A program made the position numbers and the translations under genes. This document shows positions 38,494 to 47,991 of a DNA stretch of 64,000 nt, in pieces; positions within the stretch are counted from its first letter, which is position 1, and each line of letters begins with the position of its first letter. The notes below the pieces were generated by a model. That model was given only the letters and a program-made list of their open reading frames with translations. It was not told the DNA's origin and searched no databases. This DNA is from an uncultured Verrucomicrobiae bacterium. GTDB lineage: Bacteria; Verrucomicrobiota; Verrucomicrobiia; Chthoniobacterales; UBA10450. Location: assembly GCA_963834385.1 (NCBI GenBank), contig CAWIBO010000005.1, forward strand, positions 672,001 through 736,000, given 5' to 3'.

Positions 38494-40458
38494 ATGTTCT
38501 CCGGGCGACACGAATTGGAAAAAGCCGCCGCGGCAGGAAGACTTCTGCCCGAGAGCCTCCGCAACATCGACTTTTTTCTGGAAGCGACGGGCGACGGCCC
38601 TGAGCGGCGCGCGGTGGAGGAGCTCGTCGCGCAGGAGAATTGGGATGAGCTGAACGATCGCTTTTACAAGACGCTCGCCTTCGGCACCGGTGGCCTGCGC
38701 GGACGCACCATCGGCAAAATCGTGACCCGCGCGGAACGGGGCGCTGCGGCACAGGACCAGCCCCCGCAGTTCCCCTGCGCCGGCACGAATGCGATGAATT
38801 TTTTCAACATCCGCCGCGCCACCCGCGGCCTGGTCGAGTACGTGCTGGACTGGCGGGCGCGGAACCCGCCCGGCCCGGGCCGGCCGCTCATCGTGATCGC
38901 GCACGACACCCGCCATTTCTCCCGCGCCTTTGCCGAAATGGCTGCGCAGGTGGCACTCGAGCAGGGCTGTGATGCCGCCCTTTTCGACGGGCCGCGTTCC
39001 ACGCCCGAACTTTCCTTTGCCGTCCGCCATCTTGGGGCTGACGCCGGCGTCGTCATCACCGCGAGCCACAACCCGCCACATGACAACGGCTACAAGGTCT
39101 ATTTCAACGACGGCGCCCAGGTGGTTGAGCCTCACGCGAGCGGCATCATTGCCCGGGTCAACGCCGCCGGCAGCGGCGCGCCCGCCGCCGGCTCCGGGCG
39201 CGGCGAGTTGAAAAATCTCGGCGAAGAGATCGACCGCGCCTATCTCGAGAGACTGGAGACGTTGATCCTGGATCGCGAGGTGGTGCGCGCCGCCTCGTCG
39301 CTCCGGATCATCTTCACGCCGATCCACGGCACCGGTGGCGTTATCATCAAACCGCTGCTCCGGCGGGCCGGCTTCGATTTCAAGGTGGTGCCCGAACAGG
39401 ACGGATTCGACGGGGACTTCCCCACGGTCAAGTCGCCCAATCCCGAGAACGCCGAGGCGCTCTCCCTCGCCCTTGCCCTGGCCGACCGCGAGAAAGCCGA
39501 CCTGGTGGTCGCGACCGACCCGGACTGCGATCGCATGGGCGTGGCCGTGCGCGATGCCGCCGGCCGCATGCAACTTCTGACGGGAAACCAGATCGGGTCG
39601 CTCATGGCCTGGTATCGCGCGCGCACCCTTTTCGCGCAGGGCGTCTTGAACCGCGACAACGCGAAGCGCGGCGTCATCATCAAGACGTTTGTCACGACCG
39701 ACCTGCAAAAGGCGATCGCGGAGCATTTCGGGCTTCGCTGTGTCGAGACGCTCACCGGGTTCAAGTACATCGGCGCCAAACTTGGCCAGTACGAGCAGGC
39801 TCTCGGCGGCGGGGCCGACTACCGCACGTTGTCGGAAGCGGAGACCCGCCGGCTCCGGCTGGAGAAATCGAGCTTTTATGTTTTTGGAGGCGAGGAAAGC
39901 TACGGTTATAGCGGGGGCGATTTTGTGCGCGACAAGGATGGAAACGGCGCCACCCTCATGTTCTGCGAAGTGGCCGCCTACGCCCTGAGCGAGGGTCTGA
40001 CGGTGGATGCTCTCCTCGACCGGATCTATTGCGAGCTCGGCTATTACACGGAGAAGAATGGCGCCATGACCTTTGAAGGCGCGGAGGGCGCCGATAAAAT
40101 CCGGCGCCTCGTGGAATCGTACGTGACCGCGCCGCCGGCGGAGATGGCGGGCACGGCCGTGCGCGGGGTGCGCGATTTCGCGCGCGAAACCATCCGGGAC
40201 GTCGAAGGGGACGAAATTCCGAAGGAGAAGATGCTGATCTTTACGCTGGCGGATGAAACACGCATCGCGGTGCGCGCTTCCGGAACGGAACCGAAGATCA
40301 AATATTACCTGTTTGCGCAGAAGCGCCCGGAGCAGGGAAGGTTTTCGGCGGAGGAGCTGGAAGAAGTGAGGAAAACGATCGCCGCGCGGCTGGACCAGCT
40401 TTGGACCTGGCTGCAGAAGGACGCGCACGCCCGGCTGGGCGCGGAAAAGGCTGCCTGA
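38494..40458 (+). CDS. phosphoglucomutase/phosphomannomutase family protein
   Basis: FGTGGLRG, TASHNP, DPDCDR, GEES and RASGTEPKIK motifs. Confidence 0.94.
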   Translation: MFSGRHELEKAAAAGRLLPESLRNIDFFLEATGDGPERRAVEELVAQENWDELNDRFYKTLAFGTGGLRGRTIGKIVTRAERGAAAQDQPPQFPCAGTNAMNFFNIRRATRGLVEYVLDWRARNPPGPGRPLIVIAHDTRHFSRAFAEMAAQVALEQGCDAALFDGPRSTPELSFAVRHLGADAGVVITASHNPPHDNGYKVYFNDGAQVVEPHASGIIARVNAAGSGAPAAGSGRGELKNLGEEIDRAYLERLETLILDREVVRAASSLRIIFTPIHGTGGVIIKPLLRRAGFDFKVVPEQDGFDGDFPTVKSPNPENAEALSLALALADREKADLVVATDPDCDRMGVAVRDAAGRMQLLTGNQIGSLMAWYRARTLFAQGVLNRDNAKRGVIIKTFVTTDLQKAIAEHFGLRCVETLTGFKYIGAKLGQYEQALGGGADYRTLSEAETRRLRLEKSSFYVFGGEESYGYSGGDFVRDKDGNGATLMFCEVAAYALSEGLTVDALLDRIYCELGYYTEKNGAMTFEGAEGADKIRRLVESYVTAPPAEMAGTAVRGVRDFARETIRDVEGDEIPKEKMLIFTLADETRIAVRASGTEPKIKYYLFAQKRPEQGRFSAEELEEVRKTIAARLDQLWTWLQKDAHARLGAEKAA

Positions 40459-40464
40459 CCCGCC

Positions 40465-40773
40465 ATGGAACGCGAAATCAAGCTGAGCGGGAGTGAAATC
40501 TCCGTCCTGAAAACCCTGGGAACGTCCGGTTCCCAGATGTACGGCGGGATCATGCTCGACCGGCTCAAGGAAATGCTGCCGTCCGAGTTGATCGACACGC
40601 TCGGCGGATTGATGGCGGAGGGATACGTCCTCTCCAACCGGGTGAACATTCGGCGCATCGAGGAGGTGGAAACCGCCTTTTTCCGGGTCAATCCCGCCGA
40701 AGCCAAGGACCTGCGGCGCGCGCTGCGGCCGGGCAAACGCGAGAAGGAACGCCGGCGTCCCCGCCGCGGCTGA
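40465..40773 (+). CDS. small hypothetical protein (possibly winged-helix-like)
   Basis: 102-aa ORF tightly packed between the phosphomutase gene and lnt. Confidence 0.7.
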   Translation: MEREIKLSGSEISVLKTLGTSGSQMYGGIMLDRLKEMLPSELIDTLGGLMAEGYVLSNRVNIRRIEEVETAFFRVNPAEAKDLRRALRPGKREKERRRPRRG

Positions 40774-40776
40774 CAC

Positions 40777-42465
40777 GTGGAACGTTCCTGGAAATTTCTG
40801 CGGCTCTGGCCGTGGCCCGCGGCGGTTGCCACCGGGCTTCTGCTCGCCGCCTGCTTCCCCCCTTTCAACCAGAGCTGGCTGGCCTGGTTTGCCCTCGGGC
40901 CGCTTCTCGCCGCCATCTGGTTCTCGGATCCCAACCCGCGCCGCCGTCCGCTGCGCAATCTTCTTCTCGGCTACGTGGCTGGGCTCTCCTTTTTCTGGAC
41001 CGTTTTTTCGTGGCTCACCACCGTGACCGTCCCCGGCTGGTTCCTGCTCCAGTTCTACATGGCGATCTATTTCGCCTTCTTCGGCTGGTTTGCCGGCCTG
41101 CTCGCCCCGGTCCCGCGCAAACCGGCGCGCCCGGGCTGGGCCCGGGTGGAGGCGCCGACGCCTGATGATCCGGCAACGGCCGAGCTGCGCCGGTCACCGT
41201 GGCTCAGTTCGCTGGCCAATCTGCGCCTCGCCCTTCTTATCGCCGCCGGCTGGGTCGCGCACGAGTGGGTGCGAAGCTGGTTCTTCACCGGCTGGGGCTG
41301 GAATACGCTCGGCTCCGCCCTGCACGAGAACATCACCCTCATCCAGATGGCGGAGTATACCGGCGTGGCCGGGCTCTCCTTCATCGTGGCCTTCGCCAAC
41401 GTCATCGCGCTCGCTTCCGTGCGCCGTTTCATCCTCGAGACCAAGGTCCGCCCGATGAAACCGCACTACGACCTGACCCTGACGGCGGCGGTCATCCTGG
41501 GCCTGTTCGGCTTCGGTTTGCGCGCGCTGCAGGAGCGTCCGCCCGCCCGCTCCCTCCGGGTCGCGCTGCTCCAGCCGAACGTGCCACGGGACGAGAAGTT
41601 CACGGTCGAGCACACGCAAAAAACCTTCGACCAGTTTACCCGGCTGACCGACCTGGCGGTGCAGGGGGCGGTCCCGCCCGACCTCGTGGTCTGGCCCGAG
41701 AGCGCCATGCCCGCCCCGGTCATGAACGACGAACAGAACCACGCTTTTGTCGTCGCCACCTCGAAGCGAATCGGCGTGGACCTTCTCCTCGGTTCGATTC
41801 ATGCCGACGAAAAGGGGGTATACAACGCGGCCCTCCTCGTCTCCAACGGCGGCCAGAACATCCAGCTCTACCGCAAGGTCCATCTCGTTCCCTTTGGCGA
41901 ATACGTTCCCGGCCGCCACACGCTTCCGCTGCTCGCCCGCATCATCGGCGATCAGGTGCCGTCCGATTTTGCCTTCGGCACCGAGCACACCAACTTCCGT
42001 CTGACCGGCCGGAACGTCCTGGTTGCGCCGCTCATCTGTTTCGAGGACACCATCGGCGAACTGACCCGGCAGTTCGTGCGCGGGGGCAGCACCCTCCTGG
42101 CCAACGTGACCAACGACGGCTGGTTCAAGGAGTCGGCCGGCTCGCGCCAGCACCTGGCCAATGCCGTCTTCCGCTGCGTGGAAACGCGGCGACCGATGGT
42201 GCGCTCGGCCAACACCGGTGTGACCTGTTTCATCGACATCTTCGGCCGGGTCACGCAGCAGCTCGTGGACGAGCACGGCAGCCAGTTCACCGAGGGAGTG
42301 CTCACCGGCGACGTCTCCGTCCCCCTCCAGGGCCGGACCACCTTTTATCTCAAGCATGGCGAGGTTTTCGCGCACGCTTGCGCCGCGCTGACCGGCGCCG
42401 TTCTCCTGCTGATCATCCCGTGGCGCTGGCTTACTCGGCGGGGCGCCACCGCGCCCTCGCCCTGA
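40777..42465 (+). CDS. lnt: apolipoprotein N-acyltransferase
   Basis: N-terminal TM helices; VWPES, KVHLVPFGEY, ICFE, TNDGWF and RSANTG nitrilase-fold motifs. Confidence 0.95.
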   Translation: MERSWKFLRLWPWPAAVATGLLLAACFPPFNQSWLAWFALGPLLAAIWFSDPNPRRRPLRNLLLGYVAGLSFFWTVFSWLTTVTVPGWFLLQFYMAIYFAFFGWFAGLLAPVPRKPARPGWARVEAPTPDDPATAELRRSPWLSSLANLRLALLIAAGWVAHEWVRSWFFTGWGWNTLGSALHENITLIQMAEYTGVAGLSFIVAFANVIALASVRRFILETKVRPMKPHYDLTLTAAVILGLFGFGLRALQERPPARSLRVALLQPNVPRDEKFTVEHTQKTFDQFTRLTDLAVQGAVPPDLVVWPESAMPAPVMNDEQNHAFVVATSKRIGVDLLLGSIHADEKGVYNAALLVSNGGQNIQLYRKVHLVPFGEYVPGRHTLPLLARIIGDQVPSDFAFGTEHTNFRLTGRNVLVAPLICFEDTIGELTRQFVRGGSTLLANVTNDGWFKESAGSRQHLANAVFRCVETRRPMVRSANTGVTCFIDIFGRVTQQLVDEHGSQFTEGVLTGDVSVPLQGRTTFYLKHGEVFAHACAALTGAVLLLIIPWRWLTRRGATAPSP

Positions 42466-42542
42466 TCGTCTGGTCGCCCGCCCCAAAGGCAGAGAGGAAT
42501 TTTAGTCGCTCTCGCCCGACGCTTTGCGTTTAGATCGCCGGA

Positions 42543-43475
42543 ATGACCAGCCCGGAAATGGCCATCTCGGCCCGCGGTTTGCGCAAGTCCTACGGACCGC
42601 TCGAGGCGGTCAAGGGCATCGATTTCGAGGTGCGGAGCGGTGAGGTCTTTGGCCTGCTCGGCCCCAATGGCGCCGGCAAAACCACCACGGTTGAGATCCT
42701 CGAGGGACTGCGCCCGCGCTCAGCCGGCGAGGTGCGGGTCCTCGGCCTCGATCCCGACCGGCAAAATAAAACGCTCAAGGACCGCATCGGCGTCTGCCTG
42801 CAGGCGACCAATCTGCCCGACAAAATGCGCGTGGATGAGGCGCTGGCTCTTTTCGCCTCCTTTTACTCGAAATCAATCCCGGCCGATCCGCTGCTCGACC
42901 GTCTGCAGTTGACCGAGAAAAAGAAGGCGCCTTACGCGACCCTTTCGGGCGGACAAAAACAGCGGCTGGCCATTGCCCTCGCCCTGATCAACCAGCCCCA
43001 GCTTCTTTTCCTCGATGAACCGACCACCGGTCTCGACCCGCAGGTTCGTCTCGAGATCCGGGATTTGATTGAGGAGCTGCGCGAGGAGAAGCGCACCATT
43101 GTCCTGACCACGCACTACATCGAGGAGGCCGAGCGCCTCTGCGACCGCGTCGCCATCATCGACGCCGGGGAGATCATCGCCCTTGGTTCTCCCCGCGAAC
43201 TCCAGGAAAAAAGCGCCGAACAATCGGTCATCGAGATCACCCTGGCGCAACCGGCGCCCGGCCTCGCTCTTCCCAGCTTCAGCGGTGCGCTCAGCGCCGA
43301 TGTTTCCGCGGACGGCCGCGGCCTCAAGGTCCGGTCGTCCCAACCGGCCCGCACCCTCGTGGAACTGGTGAAATGGCTCGATGCGCAGGGGCGCGAACTC
43401 GCGGACGTGCATCTGAAACGGCCAACGCTCGAGGACGTCTTCATCGAGATGACGGGAAAGAAACTGCGCGATTAA
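42543..43475 (+). CDS. ABC-2 type exporter ATP-binding protein
   Basis: GPNGAGKTT, LSGGQKQR, LDEPTTGLD and TTHYIEEAE motifs. Confidence 0.93.
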   Translation: MTSPEMAISARGLRKSYGPLEAVKGIDFEVRSGEVFGLLGPNGAGKTTTVEILEGLRPRSAGEVRVLGLDPDRQNKTLKDRIGVCLQATNLPDKMRVDEALALFASFYSKSIPADPLLDRLQLTEKKKAPYATLSGGQKQRLAIALALINQPQLLFLDEPTTGLDPQVRLEIRDLIEELREEKRTIVLTTHYIEEAERLCDRVAIIDAGEIIALGSPRELQEKSAEQSVIEITLAQPAPGLALPSFSGALSADVSADGRGLKVRSSQPARTLVELVKWLDAQGRELADVHLKRPTLEDVFIEMTGKKLRD

Positions 43476-43481
43476 CCGGCC

Positions 43482-45680
43482 ATGAAATCCTTTCTCTCCT
43501 TGCTCAAGATCGACCTGCTCCTCGCGGCGCGAAACCGCGGCGTCCTCTTCTTCAACTACCTTTTCCCGCTCGTCTTCTTCTTCTTCTTTGCCTGGGCCTT
43601 CGACGCCGGCCAGGGCCGCACCATCCTGCTGGTGGTCGCCATGGTCATCGTCATCGGCATCCTCGGCAACGGCCTCTTCGGCGCCGGCATGCGCGCGGTG
43701 CAGGAACGCGAGGAAAACATCCTGCGGCGTTACAAGGTGACGCCGATCACGCCCGTCCCGCTCCTGGCCGCCTCCATGATCACCGGGGTGCTGATCTACC
43801 TGCCCAGCGTTGTCCTCCTCCTCTTCCTGGCCAACCGCTTCTACGGCATGGCGCTCCCGGCCGATCTCTTTTCCCTTTTCCTCTTCATCTGCATCGGCAC
43901 CATCGCCTTCCGCGCGCTCGGCCTCATCATCGCCGCGGTGGTCAATTCCAGCCAGGAGGCGACCATCCTCACGCAGCTGGTCTACATGCCGATGCTCTTC
44001 CTCAGCGGCGCCACCATTCCGCTGGCTCGTCTGCCGGAGTGGGCCCAGATCGTGACCCAGTTCATTCCGGCCACCTACCTCATGAGCGGCATCTCCGGGA
44101 TCATTCAGCATGGCGAGTCGGTCCTGCAAAACAGCAAGTCGGTCGCCGCCCTTCTCGTGGCCGCCGGCGTCGGCCTCTTTATCGCCACCAAACTTTTCCG
44201 CTGGGAAAAGGAGGAGAAATTGCGGCCGGCCGCCAAGGTCTGGGTCATCGCCGTCCTGCTCCCCTTTTTCGCGCTGGGTGGCTACCAGGCCTGGAGCAGG
44301 CAGGACATTGCCAAGGCCAAGATCCTCTGGCGCGATCTGCGCCGCGGCAACAACTGGCTGGTGGAGAACGCCCGCATCTTCGTGGGCGACGGCCAGGTTT
44401 ATGAACGGGGCGCCATCCTGGTCAAAGGCGGGAAGATCGCCGCCGTTTACCAGGGCAGCGCTCCCGACGCCGAGTCGCTCAAGGCGGAAAAGATCGACGC
44501 GGCCGGCAAGACGCTGCTCCCCGGCCTGATCGACCTGCACGTACACCTGGGCGCCTCCGGCGGGTTCTACGAGGACATGTCGAAAGCCTTCGACCCGGCG
44601 AACATGGAGCGTGCTCTCGCGGCGTATCTCTACTGCGGAGTCACGGCCGTGCGGAGCGCCGGCGACCAACTGAACGAGCTGCAGCGCCTGCGGGGCCGTT
44701 TTGGCACCGGCGAAAAGGTCGGGGCGGAGCTTTTCTTCTGCGGCCCGCTCTTCACCACCGAGGGCGGCCACGGCACCCAGTATGGGAAATTCATGCCCGA
44801 GGCCCTCGCCGCCTCCTTTAACGCGCAGTTTGTCCGCCTGCCAAAATCCGAGGCGGAAGCGCGCGCCCAGGTCGATGCCCTGGCCGTTGCCGGCGTGGAC
44901 GCGATCAAGGCGGTGCTCGAGGCCGGCGTGCCCGGCTACACTTTTCGGCGCCTCGACCCCGCCCTCCTCCGCGCCATCACGGAAGCGGCCCACGCCCACA
45001 ACCTCCCCGTGGCCATCCACACCGGCAATGCCGCGGATGTGGCCGAGGCCGTGACCATGGGGCCCGACTCCATCGAGCATGGTTCCGTGCTTGATGTCAT
45101 TGCGGACGAGGTTTTCGCGCGCATGGCCGAACAGAAAATCGCCTACAACCCTACCCTCAGCGTGGTGGAAGGTTTTACGAATTTTGCCCGGGGCGATACC
45201 GCCTCGCTCAAGCGTTCCCTCGTCCAGCAGGTCACCACCCGCGAATTGCTCAGCGGGACCGAGGCCGCGGCGCAAAGCGAGCGCTACCAGCCGCTGCGCG
45301 ACGGCCTGCGACAATACCCCATGTCGATGGAAACCGGGGGCCGGAACCTCCGCCAGGCGCACGCCGCCGGGGTCATGCTCATCACCGGGTCCGATGCCGG
45401 CAACTTCCTCGTCCTCCACGGCCCGACAGTGCAGCGCGAGCTCGAGCTTTGGGTCGCCGCCGGCATTCCGGTGGAGGTCGCCCTGCAGGCCGCCACGGGC
45501 AACGCCGCCAAGGTTCTGCGCGCGGAGGATCGCATCGGCACCATCACCGTCGGAAAAGAAGCTTCCTTCCTCATCGTCGACGGCAACCCGCTCCAGGATG
45601 TGAAAGCGCTTTCCGCCATCTCCGCCGTCTTCTTCAAGGGCGAACGCATCAATCGCTCCGAGCTTTTCGAGCAAAAATAA
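43482..45680 (+). CDS. ABC-2 permease fused to a metal-dependent amidohydrolase
   Basis: About 6-7 TM ABC-2 region (ERE..LRR, MLFLSG..P), then PGLIDLHVH, AIH, SIEHG, GSDAG and IGTI..GK motifs in one frame. Confidence 0.85.
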   Translation: MKSFLSLLKIDLLLAARNRGVLFFNYLFPLVFFFFFAWAFDAGQGRTILLVVAMVIVIGILGNGLFGAGMRAVQEREENILRRYKVTPITPVPLLAASMITGVLIYLPSVVLLLFLANRFYGMALPADLFSLFLFICIGTIAFRALGLIIAAVVNSSQEATILTQLVYMPMLFLSGATIPLARLPEWAQIVTQFIPATYLMSGISGIIQHGESVLQNSKSVAALLVAAGVGLFIATKLFRWEKEEKLRPAAKVWVIAVLLPFFALGGYQAWSRQDIAKAKILWRDLRRGNNWLVENARIFVGDGQVYERGAILVKGGKIAAVYQGSAPDAESLKAEKIDAAGKTLLPGLIDLHVHLGASGGFYEDMSKAFDPANMERALAAYLYCGVTAVRSAGDQLNELQRLRGRFGTGEKVGAELFFCGPLFTTEGGHGTQYGKFMPEALAASFNAQFVRLPKSEAEARAQVDALAVAGVDAIKAVLEAGVPGYTFRRLDPALLRAITEAAHAHNLPVAIHTGNAADVAEAVTMGPDSIEHGSVLDVIADEVFARMAEQKIAYNPTLSVVEGFTNFARGDTASLKRSLVQQVTTRELLSGTEAAAQSERYQPLRDGLRQYPMSMETGGRNLRQAHAAGVMLITGSDAGNFLVLHGPTVQRELELWVAAGIPVEVALQAATGNAAKVLRAEDRIGTITVGKEASFLIVDGNPLQDVKALSAISAVFFKGERINRSELFEQK

Positions 45681-45684
45681 GACG

Positions 45685-46774
45685 ATGGCCGTCCTGCTGC
45701 CGGTCGATCATCTTGACGAAGTCTGGCCGGACCATCTCCGCGGCGCACGCCTTGGCGCGCTGCTTCATCCGGCTTCGGTCGGCGCCGCTCTCGAGCACAC
45801 TTCCACCCTCCTCGAGCGCCGGGAGGGCGAACTTTTCCGGCTCCGTGCCTTCTTCGGTCCCCAGCATGGTTATCTCGGGCAGACGCAGGACAACATGATC
45901 GAGTGGCAGGGGTTCACCCATCCGCGGCTCAATCTCCCGGTTTACAGCCTTTACGGCGCCGCCCGGGAGCCGACCCCGGAGATGCTGGAGGGCCTTGATC
46001 TTCTCCTGATCGATCTGCAGGACGTCGGCGCACGCTACTACACGTTTATCTGGACCATGTATCTCTGCCTGCGCGCCTGCGCCCGCGCCGGCCTCGAGGT
46101 GGTGATCTGCGATCGTCCCAACCCGATCAACGGCGTCACCACCGAGGGGCCAATGCTCGATCCCGCCTACAGCCTCGTTTGTCGGGCTCCACCCGCTCCC
46201 TGTCCGGCACGCGCGCACCATCGGCGAGCTTTGCCTCCAGTTTCGGGAGGAAGCGTTCCCGAACCTGAAGGCGTCCGTGCTCCCGATGCGCGGCTGGGAA
46301 CGCGCCATGTGGTTTGACCAGACTGGTCTGCCCTGGGTGATGCCCTCTCCCAACATGCCCACCCTGGAAACCGCCACGGTTTACCCGGGCTTGTGTCTCC
46401 TCGAAGGCACCAACATTTCCGAAGGACGCGGGACCACGCGCCCCTTCGAGATTTTCGGCGCGCCCTTCCTCGATGCCGATGAGGTCGCCCGCGATCTGCA
46501 GGCGGAGAATCTCCCCGGCGTCCATTTTCGTCCCTGTCATTTTCAGCCGACGTTTCAAAAGTTCGCCGGGGAACTGTGTCACGGCGCGCAGCTGCATGTC
46601 ACCGGGCGCGATCGCTTCCGGCCGTGGGAGACCGCACTGACGATTATCCGTTACCTGCGCCGGCGTTACCCCGGCTCGTTCCAATGGAAACAGCCTCCCT
46701 ACGAATACGAGGAAAAGCGTTTGCCGATCGAAGTCCTGCTCGGCGGACCCTGCAACGATTTCTTCCCGGAATGA
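45685..46774 (+). pseudogene. DUF1343/NamZ-like exo-beta-N-acetylmuramidase, frameshifted near 46171
   Basis: FGPQHG, DLQDVGARYYT and DRPNP in the first frame; SFVG..P.RH..TIGEL, PSPNMP and SEGRGTTRPFE in the second; one extra base at about 46171. Confidence 0.85.
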
Positions 46775-47442
46775 AAAGCTTTGCCCCGATTTCCCTGGCC
46801 CTGCTCTTGCTCGGGAGCGGCCCCGCCGTGCAGGCCGATATCCCTTGGGAGGAGGCAAAGAAAAAGCTCCGGGAAGAAAACGCGCGGCTGGCTGCCCGCC
46901 CGGAAGGACATGCCGGTGTCTATTTTGTGATCTGCACCGTCTATTACACGCCCACCGAGGCCGGGATCACCGCGGAGCGGGGCTTTGATGTCACGCCCAC
47001 CACCGCACCCGGCCTGCGCGGCCGCCATTATCCGAAGGATTTCCTCCGCGTGGTCAAACTCGAAGGCTACGGGCGGCTGCTCGAGCCGGTCGACGGCAAG
47101 GGCTATCTTTTCTACGACGGCGATGGGCGCTACGGGTTTGCCCGGGAGCCCGGCGGCATGGGCGGACGTTTTACTCTTGTCCCGCGAGTCTCCGCTGCGG
47201 CCCGGCTCGGGCAACGGAAGTTGAAAGAGGGCGCTGAATTGATTACGAAGGAGGCGGTGGTGCGCGAGATATTCGGGAGCGATCGCTGGAAGATCGTGGA
47301 CACGGGGGGCGGGCTGAAGCGGTGGCAACTCGATCTATACTGGGGGGAGGACGAGCCGCGGGGACCCGACGCGCTGGGGCGGCCGAAGGGGACGGAGTTT
47401 GAGTATTGCTATGCGGAGATTGAATTGGTTGAGCCGGATTAA
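46771..47442 (+). CDS. exported protein with 3D-domain-like C-terminus
   Basis: Signal peptide MKSFAPISLALLLLGSGPAVQA; DTGGGLK..LDLYWG resembles the 3D/MltA motif. Confidence 0.65.
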   Translation: MKSFAPISLALLLLGSGPAVQADIPWEEAKKKLREENARLAARPEGHAGVYFVICTVYYTPTEAGITAERGFDVTPTTAPGLRGRHYPKDFLRVVKLEGYGRLLEPVDGKGYLFYDGDGRYGFAREPGGMGGRFTLVPRVSAAARLGQRKLKEGAELITKEAVVREIFGSDRWKIVDTGGGLKRWQLDLYWGEDEPRGPDALGRPKGTEFEYCYAEIELVEPD

Positions 47443-47463
47443 ACTTATCACCAGGAGACTTTT

Positions 47464-47940
47464 GTGGCTGATCTTATTGTTAAACTTTACGAACTAAAGA
47501 CCGCCGCGGTCGAGGCCGGGGAGGATCCCCCCTTCACCGTGCGCCGGGCTTTCTCGGCCGAGCAGCGCATGATCGTCCGTTTCGTCGCGGCCGAGTTCGG
47601 CGATGGCTGGGCCTCGGAGTGCGAAGCCGCTTTCGCCCGATCCCCCGTTTCCTGTTTTATCGCGGTCGACTCCTCCCGCCTGGTCGGTTTTTCCTGCTAC
47701 GACGCCACCGCCCGCGCCATGTATGGACCGGTCGGCGTGGCCCGGGACAGCCGCAAGCAGGGCATTGGCCGCGTCCTGCTCCTGGCCACGCTGCACGACA
47801 TGGCCTCGCAGGGATATGCCTACGCGGTGATCGGCGGGGCGGGCCCTGAGCAGCTCGCCTTCTATCGGCAGGCCGTCGGCGCCATTGATATCCCCGACTC
47901 GACCCCGGGCTTCTACCGGGGCATGTTGCGCGTCCGCTAA
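47464..47940 (+). CDS. GNAT family N-acetyltransferase
   Basis: GPVGV..RKQGIGRVLL acetyl-CoA motif and FY; AGGAG Shine-Dalgarno before the GTG. Confidence 0.85.
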   Translation: MADLIVKLYELKTAAVEAGEDPPFTVRRAFSAEQRMIVRFVAAEFGDGWASECEAAFARSPVSCFIAVDSSRLVGFSCYDATARAMYGPVGVARDSRKQGIGRVLLLATLHDMASQGYAYAVIGGAGPEQLAFYRQAVGAIDIPDSTPGFYRGMLRVR

Positions 47941-47991
47941 AGCCGGCGGCAGAGCGGTGAAGCGATTGCGCGGCCACCGCGTCCAATCCTT

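Noticed and set aside
42873..45674. Long antisense ORFs (e.g. 42873..45674, 38230..40776, 21423..23582, 51435..53486, 272..2161)
   Set aside because: They are shadows of well-supported genes on the opposite strand, expected at high GC, and have no recognisable motifs.
47400..47500. Integron attC/attI site in the AT-rich patch before the GNAT gene
   Set aside because: GTTRRRY-like words occur, but there is no paired inverse core or attC hairpin and no integron integrase.
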